DNA of 46,392 nt from NCBI GenBank assembly GCA_031372565.1, contig JANMLN010000099.1:1-46392 (forward strand), given 5' to 3'. The position numbers were made by a program, and so were the translations under genes. The DNA comes from Gemmatimonadota bacterium (GTDB taxonomy: Bacteria > Gemmatimonadota > Gemmatimonadetes > Gemmatimonadales > Gemmatimonadaceae). Shown one piece after another: positions 27,647 to 35,611 of the stretch (position 1 is the stretch's first letter; each line of letters starts with the position of its first letter). A model generated the notes under the pieces. The model saw only the letters and a list, made by a program, of their open reading frames with translations. It was not told the origin of the DNA and did no database searches.

Positions 27647-28327
27647 CTACATGCTGCGGCGCCGACGGCGCGCGAAGCCGGCCACACCGAGCAGGCTGGT
27701 GGCAAGCAACGCCACGCTTGCGGGCTCGGGTACGGTCGACGAAGGCTGCACCGCATCGAAGGTGAAGTCGTCGATGGCAAAGTTGAACGTTGGATCGTTC
27801 CCTGCGATCACCGCATCGGTGATGTTGGCAGACGTGCTGGTCCAGCCGATGAAGTCCGGCAGGTAGTTGTTGCTGGCGGCGGTGAACGTGTGGGACCCGG
27901 CCGTCGTGTTGACCGTGATGGTATTGGTGCCGCTCAGATAGTTGTAGAGGAATCCGAACCCGGACACGGTCCCGTTGAACGTGACCATGAGCGGTCCCTG
28001 GGTCCCGTAGCTAGGCAAGCCGTCAAGAAAGCCGCCAGTGAAGCCGCCGCCGCCGTCGATCAGGAGCGGCCCGCCCGCGACCGAGTAGGTCACACCCGGC
28101 TTGATGTAGCCCGGGCTGATGCCCTGACCCGGGTAGGAACTCTGCGAGTTGAGCGTGGAGCCAAGCGGAAATGCACAGCAGGGCCCGAAGTCCTCCACGG
28201 TGACCGGGCCAAGCGCGGCCAAGAAGATGGCTTGGTTGGTGTACGTCGTGAGTTGCGCTTCGGCGATCGAGGCCGATGCGGCGATGGCCACCACGGCGAC
28301 ACCGACACACTGGGACAGACGATTCAT
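27647..28327 (-). CDS. PEP-CTERM sorting-domain surface protein
   Basis: Signal peptide MNRLSQCVGVAVVAIAASASIAEA, a Ser/Thr/Gly/Asn-rich body, and C-terminal VPEPAS + TM helix + RRRRR. Confidence 0.93.
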   Translation of the reverse strand: MNRLSQCVGVAVVAIAASASIAEAQLTTYTNQAIFLAALGPVTVEDFGPCCAFPLGSTLNSQSSYPGQGISPGYIKPGVTYSVAGGPLLIDGGGGFTGGFLDGLPSYGTQGPLMVTFNGTVSGFGFLYNYLSGTNTITVNTTAGSHTFTAASNNYLPDFIGWTSTSANITDAVIAGNDPTFNFAIDDFTFDAVQPSSTVPEPASVALLATSLLGVAGFARRRRRSM

Positions 28328-28408
28328 GCGTGGAACCTCGTTACGGCTGAGGAGGTCGGACCGATGCGCGGATGGGCCGAGCATCCCGAGAACACACGTT
28401 TCCCAACC

Positions 28409-28424
28409 GCAAGGCATGTGCCCA
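28409..28424 (-). promoter_or_regulatory. Sigma-54 (RpoN) -24/-12 promoter for the PEP-CTERM gene
   Basis: Minus strand TGGGCACATGCCTTGC = GGCAC-N5-TTGC with exact GG-N10-GC spacing, about 80 nt upstream of the ATG. Confidence 0.75.
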
Positions 28425-28461
28425 TGTGTTCCAACGCACAAGCGTCCCGTAAGTTCATGTG

Positions 28462-28474
28462 CTTCAAATGTTTA
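28462..28474. promoter_or_regulatory. IHF-like binding site
   Basis: cttcaaatgttta resembles WATCAA-N4-TTR. It lies in an AT-rich patch between the sigma-54 box and the enhancer palindromes. Confidence 0.45.
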
Positions 28475-28517
28475 TGCGTGCCTCCAGCGCTACTACCTTA
28501 TCGCTTGATCACGTAGC

Positions 28518-28556
28518 TGTTGCGCCGACGCATCAGCGTGTCGACGTCTCTCGACA
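28518..28556. promoter_or_regulatory. Tandem enhancer-binding-protein sites (TGT-N12-ACA type)
   Basis: Perfect inverted repeat TGTCGA-N6-TCGACA at 28539-28556 and a degenerate TGT-N12-TCA at 28518-28535. The starts are 21 bp apart, about 100-130 bp upstream of the -24 box. Confidence 0.55.
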
Positions 28557-28573
28557 GTGATGCCGAGCTGCCC

Positions 28574-29038
28574 TCATGCGCTCGCGCTTTGCTGCCGCAG
28601 CACTTCATAGACCGCGATCGCCACACTCGTCGAGAGGTTGAGAGAGCGCACGCGTGGCGACGCCATCGGGATCCCCACCAGCCGATCCGCGTACCGCTCC
28701 AGCAACGGCGCCGGCAGGCCATCCGTCTCACGCCCAAACACGAGCACCACGTTCTCCGACGCACCAAGGGGCGCATCCCAGAACAGACGAGTCGCCCTGG
28801 CCGCGAAGAAGTACGCGGGACCGAGCGTCGGCAGCGTGCCTTCGAACGTCGCCCAATCGGGCCAGACACGCACGTCCACATGTTCCCAGTAGTCGAGCCC
28901 TGCGCGCTTCACCTCACGTTCGTCCAACGAGAAACCCAGCGGCTCGACCAGGTGCAGCGTGGCACCGGTGGCGAGACAGGTGCGTCCCGCGTTGCCGGTG
29001 TTCCAGTGAATCTCCGGGTGCACCAGCACGACGTGCAT
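28574..29038 (-). CDS. trmL: tRNA (cytidine/uridine(34)-2'-O)-methyltransferase, SPOUT family
   Basis: Motifs VVLVHPEIHWNTGNAGRTC, LHLVEPLGF, KRAGLDYW, FGRETDGLP, IPM and RSLNLS. Confidence 0.93.
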   Translation of the reverse strand: MHVVLVHPEIHWNTGNAGRTCLATGATLHLVEPLGFSLDEREVKRAGLDYWEHVDVRVWPDWATFEGTLPTLGPAYFFAARATRLFWDAPLGASENVVLVFGRETDGLPAPLLERYADRLVGIPMASPRVRSLNLSTSVAIAVYEVLRQQSASA

Positions 29039-29152
29039 GGTCAAGGGTCAGCGTGCGTGGGAGTAGGCAACGGGCGTTGTGCGTGGTACCGTAAGCGCTC
29101 TCCGAAGGTAGCATGTCCCGTGCATGCACGGCCGCAACGACGCCCCCACTAC

Positions 29153-29839
29153 ATGAAACCGCTCGAACGGCTCGGCGAAGCACGTACGCCCAACGGCACG
29201 GTGCTCGCACTCTTCCGCCACGATGGCGCGTATCTGATCAAGGCCGATGGCATCGAGCTGATGTCCACGCGCCGTCACCTGTCCGAGGATCGACTGGCCG
29301 AGGTGGCGTGCGCGCCGCTCGCAGCCATCGACGGGGCGCGCGTCCTCATCGGTGGACTCGGACTCGGATTCACGCTGCGCGCCGCGCTCCAGGCTCTTCC
29401 CGCCGACGCCGAAGTCGTGGTGGCCGAGCTGGTGGCGGAGGTCATCCAGTGGAACGCCGACCCGTCGTACGCGCTGTCGGCGGAGGCCATGCGCGATCCG
29501 CGCGTGCGCATCGTGCATGACGACGTGGTGAATGTCTTGCGCGCCAATCCTGCCGGCTTCAATGCGATCATGCTGGATACCGACAACGGGCCCGACGGCA
29601 TGCTCATGTCGGAGAACGCACGGCTGTATGCGAAGCGTGGCATTGCACTGACCCTTGCGGCGCTGCGCGAGGGCGGACGCATCGTCTACTGGTCCGTGGG
29701 CGACGATCCGGCATTCGCCGGTGCGCTTCAGGAGGCGCGGCTTGCAGTCGAGGCGCTACGGGTGCGCGCGCACGCAACGGCAGGGCCCATGCACACGCTG
29801 TATGTGGCAACGCCGCGCCCGGTGCGCGGCGGGTCGTGA
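29153..29839 (+). CDS. Spermidine-synthase-like / MnmC-like SAM-binding protein
   Basis: Motifs ELMSTRRHLSE, RVLIGGLGLGFTLRAAL, VVVAELV and IMLDTDNGPD. Start MKPLERLG at 29153. Confidence 0.78.
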   Translation: MKPLERLGEARTPNGTVLALFRHDGAYLIKADGIELMSTRRHLSEDRLAEVACAPLAAIDGARVLIGGLGLGFTLRAALQALPADAEVVVAELVAEVIQWNADPSYALSAEAMRDPRVRIVHDDVVNVLRANPAGFNAIMLDTDNGPDGMLMSENARLYAKRGIALTLAALREGGRIVYWSVGDDPAFAGALQEARLAVEALRVRAHATAGPMHTLYVATPRPVRGGS

Positions 29840-30035
29840 GTATTGCCGGAACCGCACCGCAGCCACGCACCAGCCGCATCGAACGTCCTGACGAATGATG
29901 CCCCCGTTGGCTGTTCATCGGCCTGCCATGCAAGCGTCATCATGTCGCAATCAACCGCTCACACACGCGTAACCCTCTGGCGGTACTCATGGACAGCGGG
30001 CACTCCCGCCCGTCCTCACCTGCCGGAGGGTTGTC

Positions 30036-30734
30036 ATGTTTGCCACCCTGATCGAGACCCGTCGCGCCGTACCATCTTCTCCGCGTGGTGTCATCATGAG
30101 CGTCAGCGTGCACGCGCTCGTGATGGCGGCGACCGTCGCCGCCACGTCCACGGCCAGCGCGCACCTCGTGCCGAGCGCGCCCGAGGCGCACGTGATCTAT
30201 TCCGCGCCGCCCGAGTCGCCCGCTCGAACGGCACCGACACCCCCGCCAGCGACAGCCGCAGCCGCGTTGTCCACCGCGCCAATCGTCGCGCCCGCGATGT
30301 CCGTCCTCCCACTGCACCTGCCCGAATCACTTCCAGAGGCATCGGTCACGCTCGCGGATCCCTCCGCATCGTGGACGGCGCATCCCGCTCCTGGCACCAC
30401 GCCGAATGCCAGCAGCACCGGCGCGTCGACGCAGGGCGTGTGGTCGGCGCACACCGTGGAGCGGCCGGTGGTCGTGTTGGACGCGGTCCCGCCGCGCTAT
30501 CCGGAGTTGTTGCGCGCGGCAGGCGTCGCAGGCGAGGTGCTCGCGCAGTTCGTCGTGGACACCGCCGGGCGCGTCGAAGCGGGATCGCTTCGGGTGGTCC
30601 ACAGTACCCACCCGCTGTTCACGCAGGCCGTCGAGCGGGCAATCGGCTCGGCGCGCTTCGTACCAGCGGAGGCAAATGGGCAGCGCGTGCGGCAGTTGGT
30701 GCAGCGGCCGTTCGCGTTCGCGATTGCGCGATGA
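30036..30734 (+). CDS. tonB: TonB family energy transducer
   Basis: N-terminal TM with SVSVH, a Pro/Ala-rich linker, and C-terminal PPRYPELLRAAGVAGEVLAQFVVDTAGRV...RFVPAEANGQRVRQLVQRPFAF. RBS GGAGG. Confidence 0.88.
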   Translation: MFATLIETRRAVPSSPRGVIMSVSVHALVMAATVAATSTASAHLVPSAPEAHVIYSAPPESPARTAPTPPPATAAAALSTAPIVAPAMSVLPLHLPESLPEASVTLADPSASWTAHPAPGTTPNASSTGASTQGVWSAHTVERPVVVLDAVPPRYPELLRAAGVAGEVLAQFVVDTAGRVEAGSLRVVHSTHPLFTQAVERAIGSARFVPAEANGQRVRQLVQRPFAFAIAR

Positions 30735-30833
30735 GCAAGGCCGGGCGCCGGTGCCTGCCTCGTCCGACTCACGCTCGACGGTGCGAACGGGCCTGGCACC
30801 CGGGCTTCGGCGCTGACGTTGGATCCGGCGAGC

Positions 30834-31601
30834 TCACTCTCCCGCCTTCACCTCATCCCACAACAGATCGAGCCCTGCGAGATCCAGCGTGGCCAGGTCA
30901 ACGCCCCGCGCACGCGCCAGCGCGCTGACGCCATCCAGCCGTCGCACGAACTTGAGATTCGCCTGTTCGAGCGCGAGCGCTGCGTGCACCCCTGATTTGC
31001 GGCACAAGTTGACCACGGCAAAGAGCAGGTCGCCCAACTCGGCCTCGAGCCTGGGCGAGGCCGCGCCACCGCTCGCCGCCAGCTCGGCTTCCGCTTCACG
31101 CAACTCTTCCTCGACTTTGAGCGCCGGGCCCTGCGCATCGGGCCAGTCGAATCCCATCCCCGCCGCACGATCCTGCAGTCGGTGGGCGCGGTGCAGGGCA
31201 GGGAGCTCGATCGGCAATCCATCAGCCACGGAGTCGCGTGCCTTCTTCGCCTTGTGCGCCTCCCAGTTCACCTTCTCGCCGCCGGCGTACAGGTGCGGGT
31301 GACGATCGCGCATCTTGTGGACAAGGCCGCCGGCGACGTCACGGATGTCAAACGCGCCGCGCTCTTCCGCCACCACCGAGTGAAAGAGCACCTGCAGCAG
31401 CAGGTCGCCCAGTTCCTCGCGCAGGTGGCCGTCGTTGCCGCTCCGTATGGCGTCGTCAACCTCGAGCGATTCCTCGACCAGGTACGGGCGCAGCGACTGA
31501 TGCGTCTGGGCGGCGTCCCAGTCGCACCGCCGTCGCAAATCGCGCATGAGCGCCAGCGCGTCATCGAGCGATCCCTTATTTTTCGTGGTTTGTTCGGTCA
31601 T
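30834..31601 (-). CDS. mazG: Nucleoside triphosphate pyrophosphohydrolase MazG
   Basis: Motifs CDWDAAQTHQSLRPYLVEE, EELGDLLLQVLFH, RHPH, GFDWP, KVEEE and ELGDLLFAVVN. Confidence 0.94.
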   Translation of the reverse strand: MTEQTTKNKGSLDDALALMRDLRRRCDWDAAQTHQSLRPYLVEESLEVDDAIRSGNDGHLREELGDLLLQVLFHSVVAEERGAFDIRDVAGGLVHKMRDRHPHLYAGGEKVNWEAHKAKKARDSVADGLPIELPALHRAHRLQDRAAGMGFDWPDAQGPALKVEEELREAEAELAASGGAASPRLEAELGDLLFAVVNLCRKSGVHAALALEQANLKFVRRLDGVSALARARGVDLATLDLAGLDLLWDEVKAGE

Positions 31602-31624
31602 GACGGAACGCTAGCACCCGACGG

Positions 31625-32722
31625 ATGCACCGCCAACCAGCGCCACCTGACGACGCCCGGGCCTGGCTCGAGATCGATCTCGATGCCCTCCGGCGCAACG
31701 CGCGCCGTTTGCAGGCGCACGCGGCCACGCAGCTCACGCCTGTGGTCAAGGCAGACGCCTACGGCTTGGGGGCGGCGGTCATCGCCCGCGCGCTGGAATC
31801 CGAGTCGCCGTGGGGCTTCGCGGTGGCCACCGTCACCGAAGGGATCACGCTGCGTGCCGAGGGCATCGCGCGGCCCATCCTTGTCTGTCCACCCGCGTTG
31901 CCCAGCGAGTATCCCGCCGCCGCCGCGTCGCGGCTCACACTCGCGCTCGGCCACGCGGCACACGTCGACGCATGGCGCGCGGCGGGAGGCCAGGCGTGGC
32001 ACCTGTCGATCGACACGGGCATGTCCCGCGCGGGCGTCCGCTGGGACGAGGTCGGCTCGATCACCGATGCGGCGACCCGCTGGGCCCCGGAAGGCGCGTT
32101 CACGCACTTCCTGGCGGCAGAGCGCGGCGAGGTCAGCATGGCAGCACAGGAAGCGCGCTTTCGCGAGGCCCTCGCGCAGCTGCCGGCGAAGCCTGCCCTC
32201 GTGCACAGCGAGAACTCCGCCGCGGCGGCACGCCGAGCGAACTCCCCGTATGCGATGATCCGGCCGGGACTCTTCCTGTTCGGCGTCGGCAGCGGCCCGG
32301 GGGCGGTCGTCGAGCCGAATCCCGTGGCGGCCGTGCGCGCGCGGATCATCGATCTGCGCCGTGTCGAGCGCGGGGAGTCGGTGAGTTACGACGCCTCATG
32401 GATTGCGCACGCGCCGCGCCGGATTGCCACGCTCGCGCTCGGCTACGCTGATGGCTACCGACGCGCCTTCAGCAACCGGGCGCACGTCCTCGTGCGCGGC
32501 CGTCGCGCCAGCGTCGTCGGCAATGTCACCATGGACATGACCATGATCGACGTGACCGGCCTCGACTGCGACATCGGTGATGCGGCCACCGTCCTCGGTC
32601 AGGACGGCGACGATGTGATCACCGCAGAAGACCTCGCGGCGCTCGGTGCCGTGTCGCCGTATGAGCTGCTCACCGGCCTGCACCTGCGGCTCGCGCGCCG
32701 CTACGCCGGAGGCACCGCGTGA
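31625..32722 (+). CDS. alr: Alanine racemase
   Basis: Motifs AWLEIDLDALRRN, VVKADAYGLG (PLP Lys), IDTGMSRAG, RPGLFLFG, VSY, GYADGY and MDMTMID. Confidence 0.93.
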   Translation: MHRQPAPPDDARAWLEIDLDALRRNARRLQAHAATQLTPVVKADAYGLGAAVIARALESESPWGFAVATVTEGITLRAEGIARPILVCPPALPSEYPAAAASRLTLALGHAAHVDAWRAAGGQAWHLSIDTGMSRAGVRWDEVGSITDAATRWAPEGAFTHFLAAERGEVSMAAQEARFREALAQLPAKPALVHSENSAAAARRANSPYAMIRPGLFLFGVGSGPGAVVEPNPVAAVRARIIDLRRVERGESVSYDASWIAHAPRRIATLALGYADGYRRAFSNRAHVLVRGRRASVVGNVTMDMTMIDVTGLDCDIGDAATVLGQDGDDVITAEDLAALGAVSPYELLTGLHLRLARRYAGGTA

Positions 32723-33888
32723 ACCGCCGCGCCGCGATCATCGTGCTCGATGGCGTCGGCATCGGTGCGGCGCCGGATGCCGCTGACTACGGCGATGTCG
32801 GGAGCGACACGCTCGGGAATCTGGCGCGCGCGGTGCGCGGCCTCGCGCTGCCGAATCTGCAGCGCGCCGGACTCGGCAACATCGCGCCGCTCGTGGGATG
32901 CGCACCGACCGCGACGCCGACCGCGGCGTGGGGCATGCTCGAGCCGCGCTCGGCGGGCAAGGACTCGACCACCGGGCATTGGGAGATCGCGGGGGTCACG
33001 CTTGACACGCCATTCCCGACGTATCCGCACGGCTTTCCCGCCGGCATCGTCGAGGCGTTCGCAAAGGCAACCGGGCGCGGCGTGCTCGGCAATGTCGTGG
33101 GGAGTGGCACGCAGGTGATGGCCGACTTCGGCGCCGAGCATCAGGCGACGGGCGCGTGGATCGTGTACACCTCGGCCGACTCGGTCTTCCAGATCGCGGC
33201 CCACGAAGACACCGTCCCGCTCGCGGAGTTGTACGCCGCCTGCGAGCGCGCTCGCGCGCTGTTGGTGGCGCCGCACGACGTCTCGCGCGTGATCGCCCGC
33301 CCGTTCGTCGGGGCCGCGGGCGCGTTCGTGCGCACGGCCAACCGGCGGGACTTCTCGATCGCGCCGCCGACGCCGACGCTGCTCGACGCGTTGGGAGCCG
33401 CCGGCGTCCCCCGGCACGGGGTCGGGAAGGTGGACGACCTCTTTGCGGGCCGTGGTATCCGGGCCGAGCACACGAGCGGCAATCCGGAGGGGATTTCCCG
33501 AATTGCCGAGTGGTTGGGCACGGGGAGTGGGTTCCTGTTCGCCAATCTGGTAGATTTCGACCAGTTGTACGGGCACCGCAACGACGTTGCGGGGTTCCAT
33601 GGGGCGTTGCGCGACTTCGACGCCGCGCTTCCAGGCCTCCTCGAGCTCCTCCGCGACGACGACGTGCTGTTCCTGACTGCAGACCACGGCAACGATCCGA
33701 CCACCGCCAGTACGGACCACGCCCGCGAGTGCGTGCCCGTGCTGGCCTTTGGGCGCGCACTGCATCCGGGTCCGCTTGGACGGCGCGCCGGGTTCGGCGA
33801 TCTGGGCGCGACGGTTGCCGACTGGTTCGGTGTCCCGTTCCCGGGGCGCGGCTCCTCCTTCCTGCAGGCGCTGGAGCGCCCGACATGA
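32719..33888 (+). CDS. deoB: Phosphopentomutase
   Basis: Motifs IVLDGVGIG, GKDSTTGHWE, YTSADSVFQIAAHE, RVIARPF, NLVDFDQLYGHRND, TADHGNDPT and DHARE. Confidence 0.94.
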   Translation: MNRRAAIIVLDGVGIGAAPDAADYGDVGSDTLGNLARAVRGLALPNLQRAGLGNIAPLVGCAPTATPTAAWGMLEPRSAGKDSTTGHWEIAGVTLDTPFPTYPHGFPAGIVEAFAKATGRGVLGNVVGSGTQVMADFGAEHQATGAWIVYTSADSVFQIAAHEDTVPLAELYAACERARALLVAPHDVSRVIARPFVGAAGAFVRTANRRDFSIAPPTPTLLDALGAAGVPRHGVGKVDDLFAGRGIRAEHTSGNPEGISRIAEWLGTGSGFLFANLVDFDQLYGHRNDVAGFHGALRDFDAALPGLLELLRDDDVLFLTADHGNDPTTASTDHARECVPVLAFGRALHPGPLGRRAGFGDLGATVADWFGVPFPGRGSSFLQALERPT

Positions 33889-34292
33889 CCGATCCGCTGG
33901 ATCGTCTGCGCGCCGAGGCGCGTACGGTCATGTCACGGGCGTACGCCCCGTATTCCGGCTTCAAGGTTGGAGCGGCGCTGCTGTGCGCGGACCTCTCGGT
34001 CGTGGCCGGGTGTAATGTCGAGTCGGCGAGCTATCCGTGCGGCACCTGTGCCGAACGGGCGGCACTGGCGGCGGCCGTGAGCCGGGGTCAGCGCGAGTTC
34101 AAGGCGGTGGTGATCGTGACGGATGCCATCGAACCCACCCCCCCGTGCGGTATGTGCCGGCAGGCCTTGGCGGAGTTTTCGCCCGGGATGACGGTGGTCA
34201 GCCGCACCATGTCCGGTCGTGAAGCCCAGTGGACGCTGGCCGATCTGCTGCCGTCTCCGTTCATGCCGTCGTCGCTTCCTTCGCAAGCCTGA
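33885..34292 (+). CDS. cdd: Cytidine deaminase (tetrameric type)
   Basis: Motifs AYAPYSGFKVGAAL, GCNVESASY, CAERAA and PCGMCRQAL. The ATG overlaps the deoB stop. Confidence 0.93.
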   Translation: MTDPLDRLRAEARTVMSRAYAPYSGFKVGAALLCADLSVVAGCNVESASYPCGTCAERAALAAAVSRGQREFKAVVIVTDAIEPTPPCGMCRQALAEFSPGMTVVSRTMSGREAQWTLADLLPSPFMPSSLPSQA

Positions 34293-35611
34293 TGCCTTCC
34301 TTGTTTGTGCGACGCGCATCGTGGCGCGCGATCTTGCTTCTTGCCGCTGGCCTCCTCGGGGGCGCGGTTGCCTGTACCGAGCAGGATGTCGGTTCGCAGT
34401 CCTGCCCGGCGCTCTGTCCGAACCAGTCGGTCGTGGTGCGGGACACGAGCTTCGAACTCGAGATCTCGGACACGACGCTCACCGGCTTCCCCACGTACGG
34501 TGTGGAGTCCCAACTGGTCGTCGCCTCGACGGCCGGGGTGCTCGACACGCGTGCGATCATCCGCTTCGACTCGCTGGCGCGCATCTACCTGCCGCCGGGC
34601 TTCACCATCGACTCGGCGCCGGTGCCGATCACGCAGCCGGATAGTGCGCGACTCTATCTGGCCATCGACACGCTGCGTTCTCGGGTGCCGGCGTCGTTCA
34701 CGATCAATGCGTACGACGTGGACACCACGTCGGTGGATTCGCTGACGTCGCTGCTCGTCCCGCTCTTCCGGCCGTCGCGCCTGTTGGGCACGCGCACCTT
34801 CACCGCCGCCGACTGGCTCGACACGGTGAGCATTCCGCTCGACTCGGCCAAGGTTCGCCAGGTGGTCACGGGACCCGGACGACTCCGCGTCGGCCTGCAG
34901 GTGGTGGCGGCGAGTGCGGCCATGGTGCGCATCCGGGCGACCGAGTCCGGGTTCGCGCCCCGCTTGTTCTACAAGGCGGCGCCGGACTCGGGCGCGACGA
35001 TGGTCGCCCTGCTGCCGCGATCGACCACGCCGGCGCTCTTCTCCACCGCGCAGGCGTCGTTCGTCGACTTCACGCACGTCGTCCTCGGCGCGCCCCCCGT
35101 GGCCCCGAACACCATGGCCATCGGCGGACTGCCCGCGCGCCGCGCCGTGCTGCTGTTCAACCTCCCGTCGAAGATCATCGACTCGTCCGAGGTGGTGCGC
35201 GCCACGCTCACCCTCACGCAAGTGCCACGCGTCACCTTCCGCGACACGGACACCTCGGCGGTGTATCCGCTGGTGGCCGTCGCGACGACCAACGTGATCG
35301 ATCCGGTCCGCGCCATCTCGTTCGCCCAGCCGCTCTTTGGCGCCACCCGCGCGCGGTACTCGCCGGGCGCGTGGACCGACTCGCTGCGGCTCGTGCCGCG
35401 CGACAGCGGCACGCGGCAGATGGAGTTGACGGCGGTGCTGCGCGAGTGGCGCATCAACGCGAGCTTCCTGCGGCGCCTCGTGGCGCTCCGTATGGGCGAC
35501 GAAGGCTATACGGAGGCTGACATGCGCTTTTTCTCGAGTACGGCGCCGAGCGGATTGCGACCTCGCATCCGGATCCAGTACATCCCTCGGCAGGCGACGG
35601 TGACGCCATGA
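34292..35611 (+). CDS. Putative lipoprotein of unknown function (beta-rich)
   Basis: Signal peptide ending in the lipobox AVAC, then QSCPALCP. Ser/Thr/Asp-rich with repeated D-S/T-x motifs. Translationally coupled to cdd and to the next gene. Confidence 0.7.
   Translation: MPSLFVRRASWRAILLLAAGLLGGAVACTEQDVGSQSCPALCPNQSVVVRDTSFELEISDTTLTGFPTYGVESQLVVASTAGVLDTRAIIRFDSLARIYLPPGFTIDSAPVPITQPDSARLYLAIDTLRSRVPASFTINAYDVDTTSVDSLTSLLVPLFRPSRLLGTRTFTAADWLDTVSIPLDSAKVRQVVTGPGRLRVGLQVVAASAAMVRIRATESGFAPRLFYKAAPDSGATMVALLPRSTTPALFSTAQASFVDFTHVVLGAPPVAPNTMAIGGLPARRAVLLFNLPSKIIDSSEVVRATLTLTQVPRVTFRDTDTSAVYPLVAVATTNVIDPVRAISFAQPLFGATRARYSPGAWTDSLRLVPRDSGTRQMELTAVLREWRINASFLRRLVALRMGDEGYTEADMRFFSSTAPSGLRPRIRIQYIPRQATVTP

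Noticed and set aside
29900..30030. Possible sigma-54/IHF elements and a small hairpin upstream of tonB
   Set aside because: Only a bare GG-N10-GC and a partial AATCAA match, too weak in GC-rich DNA.
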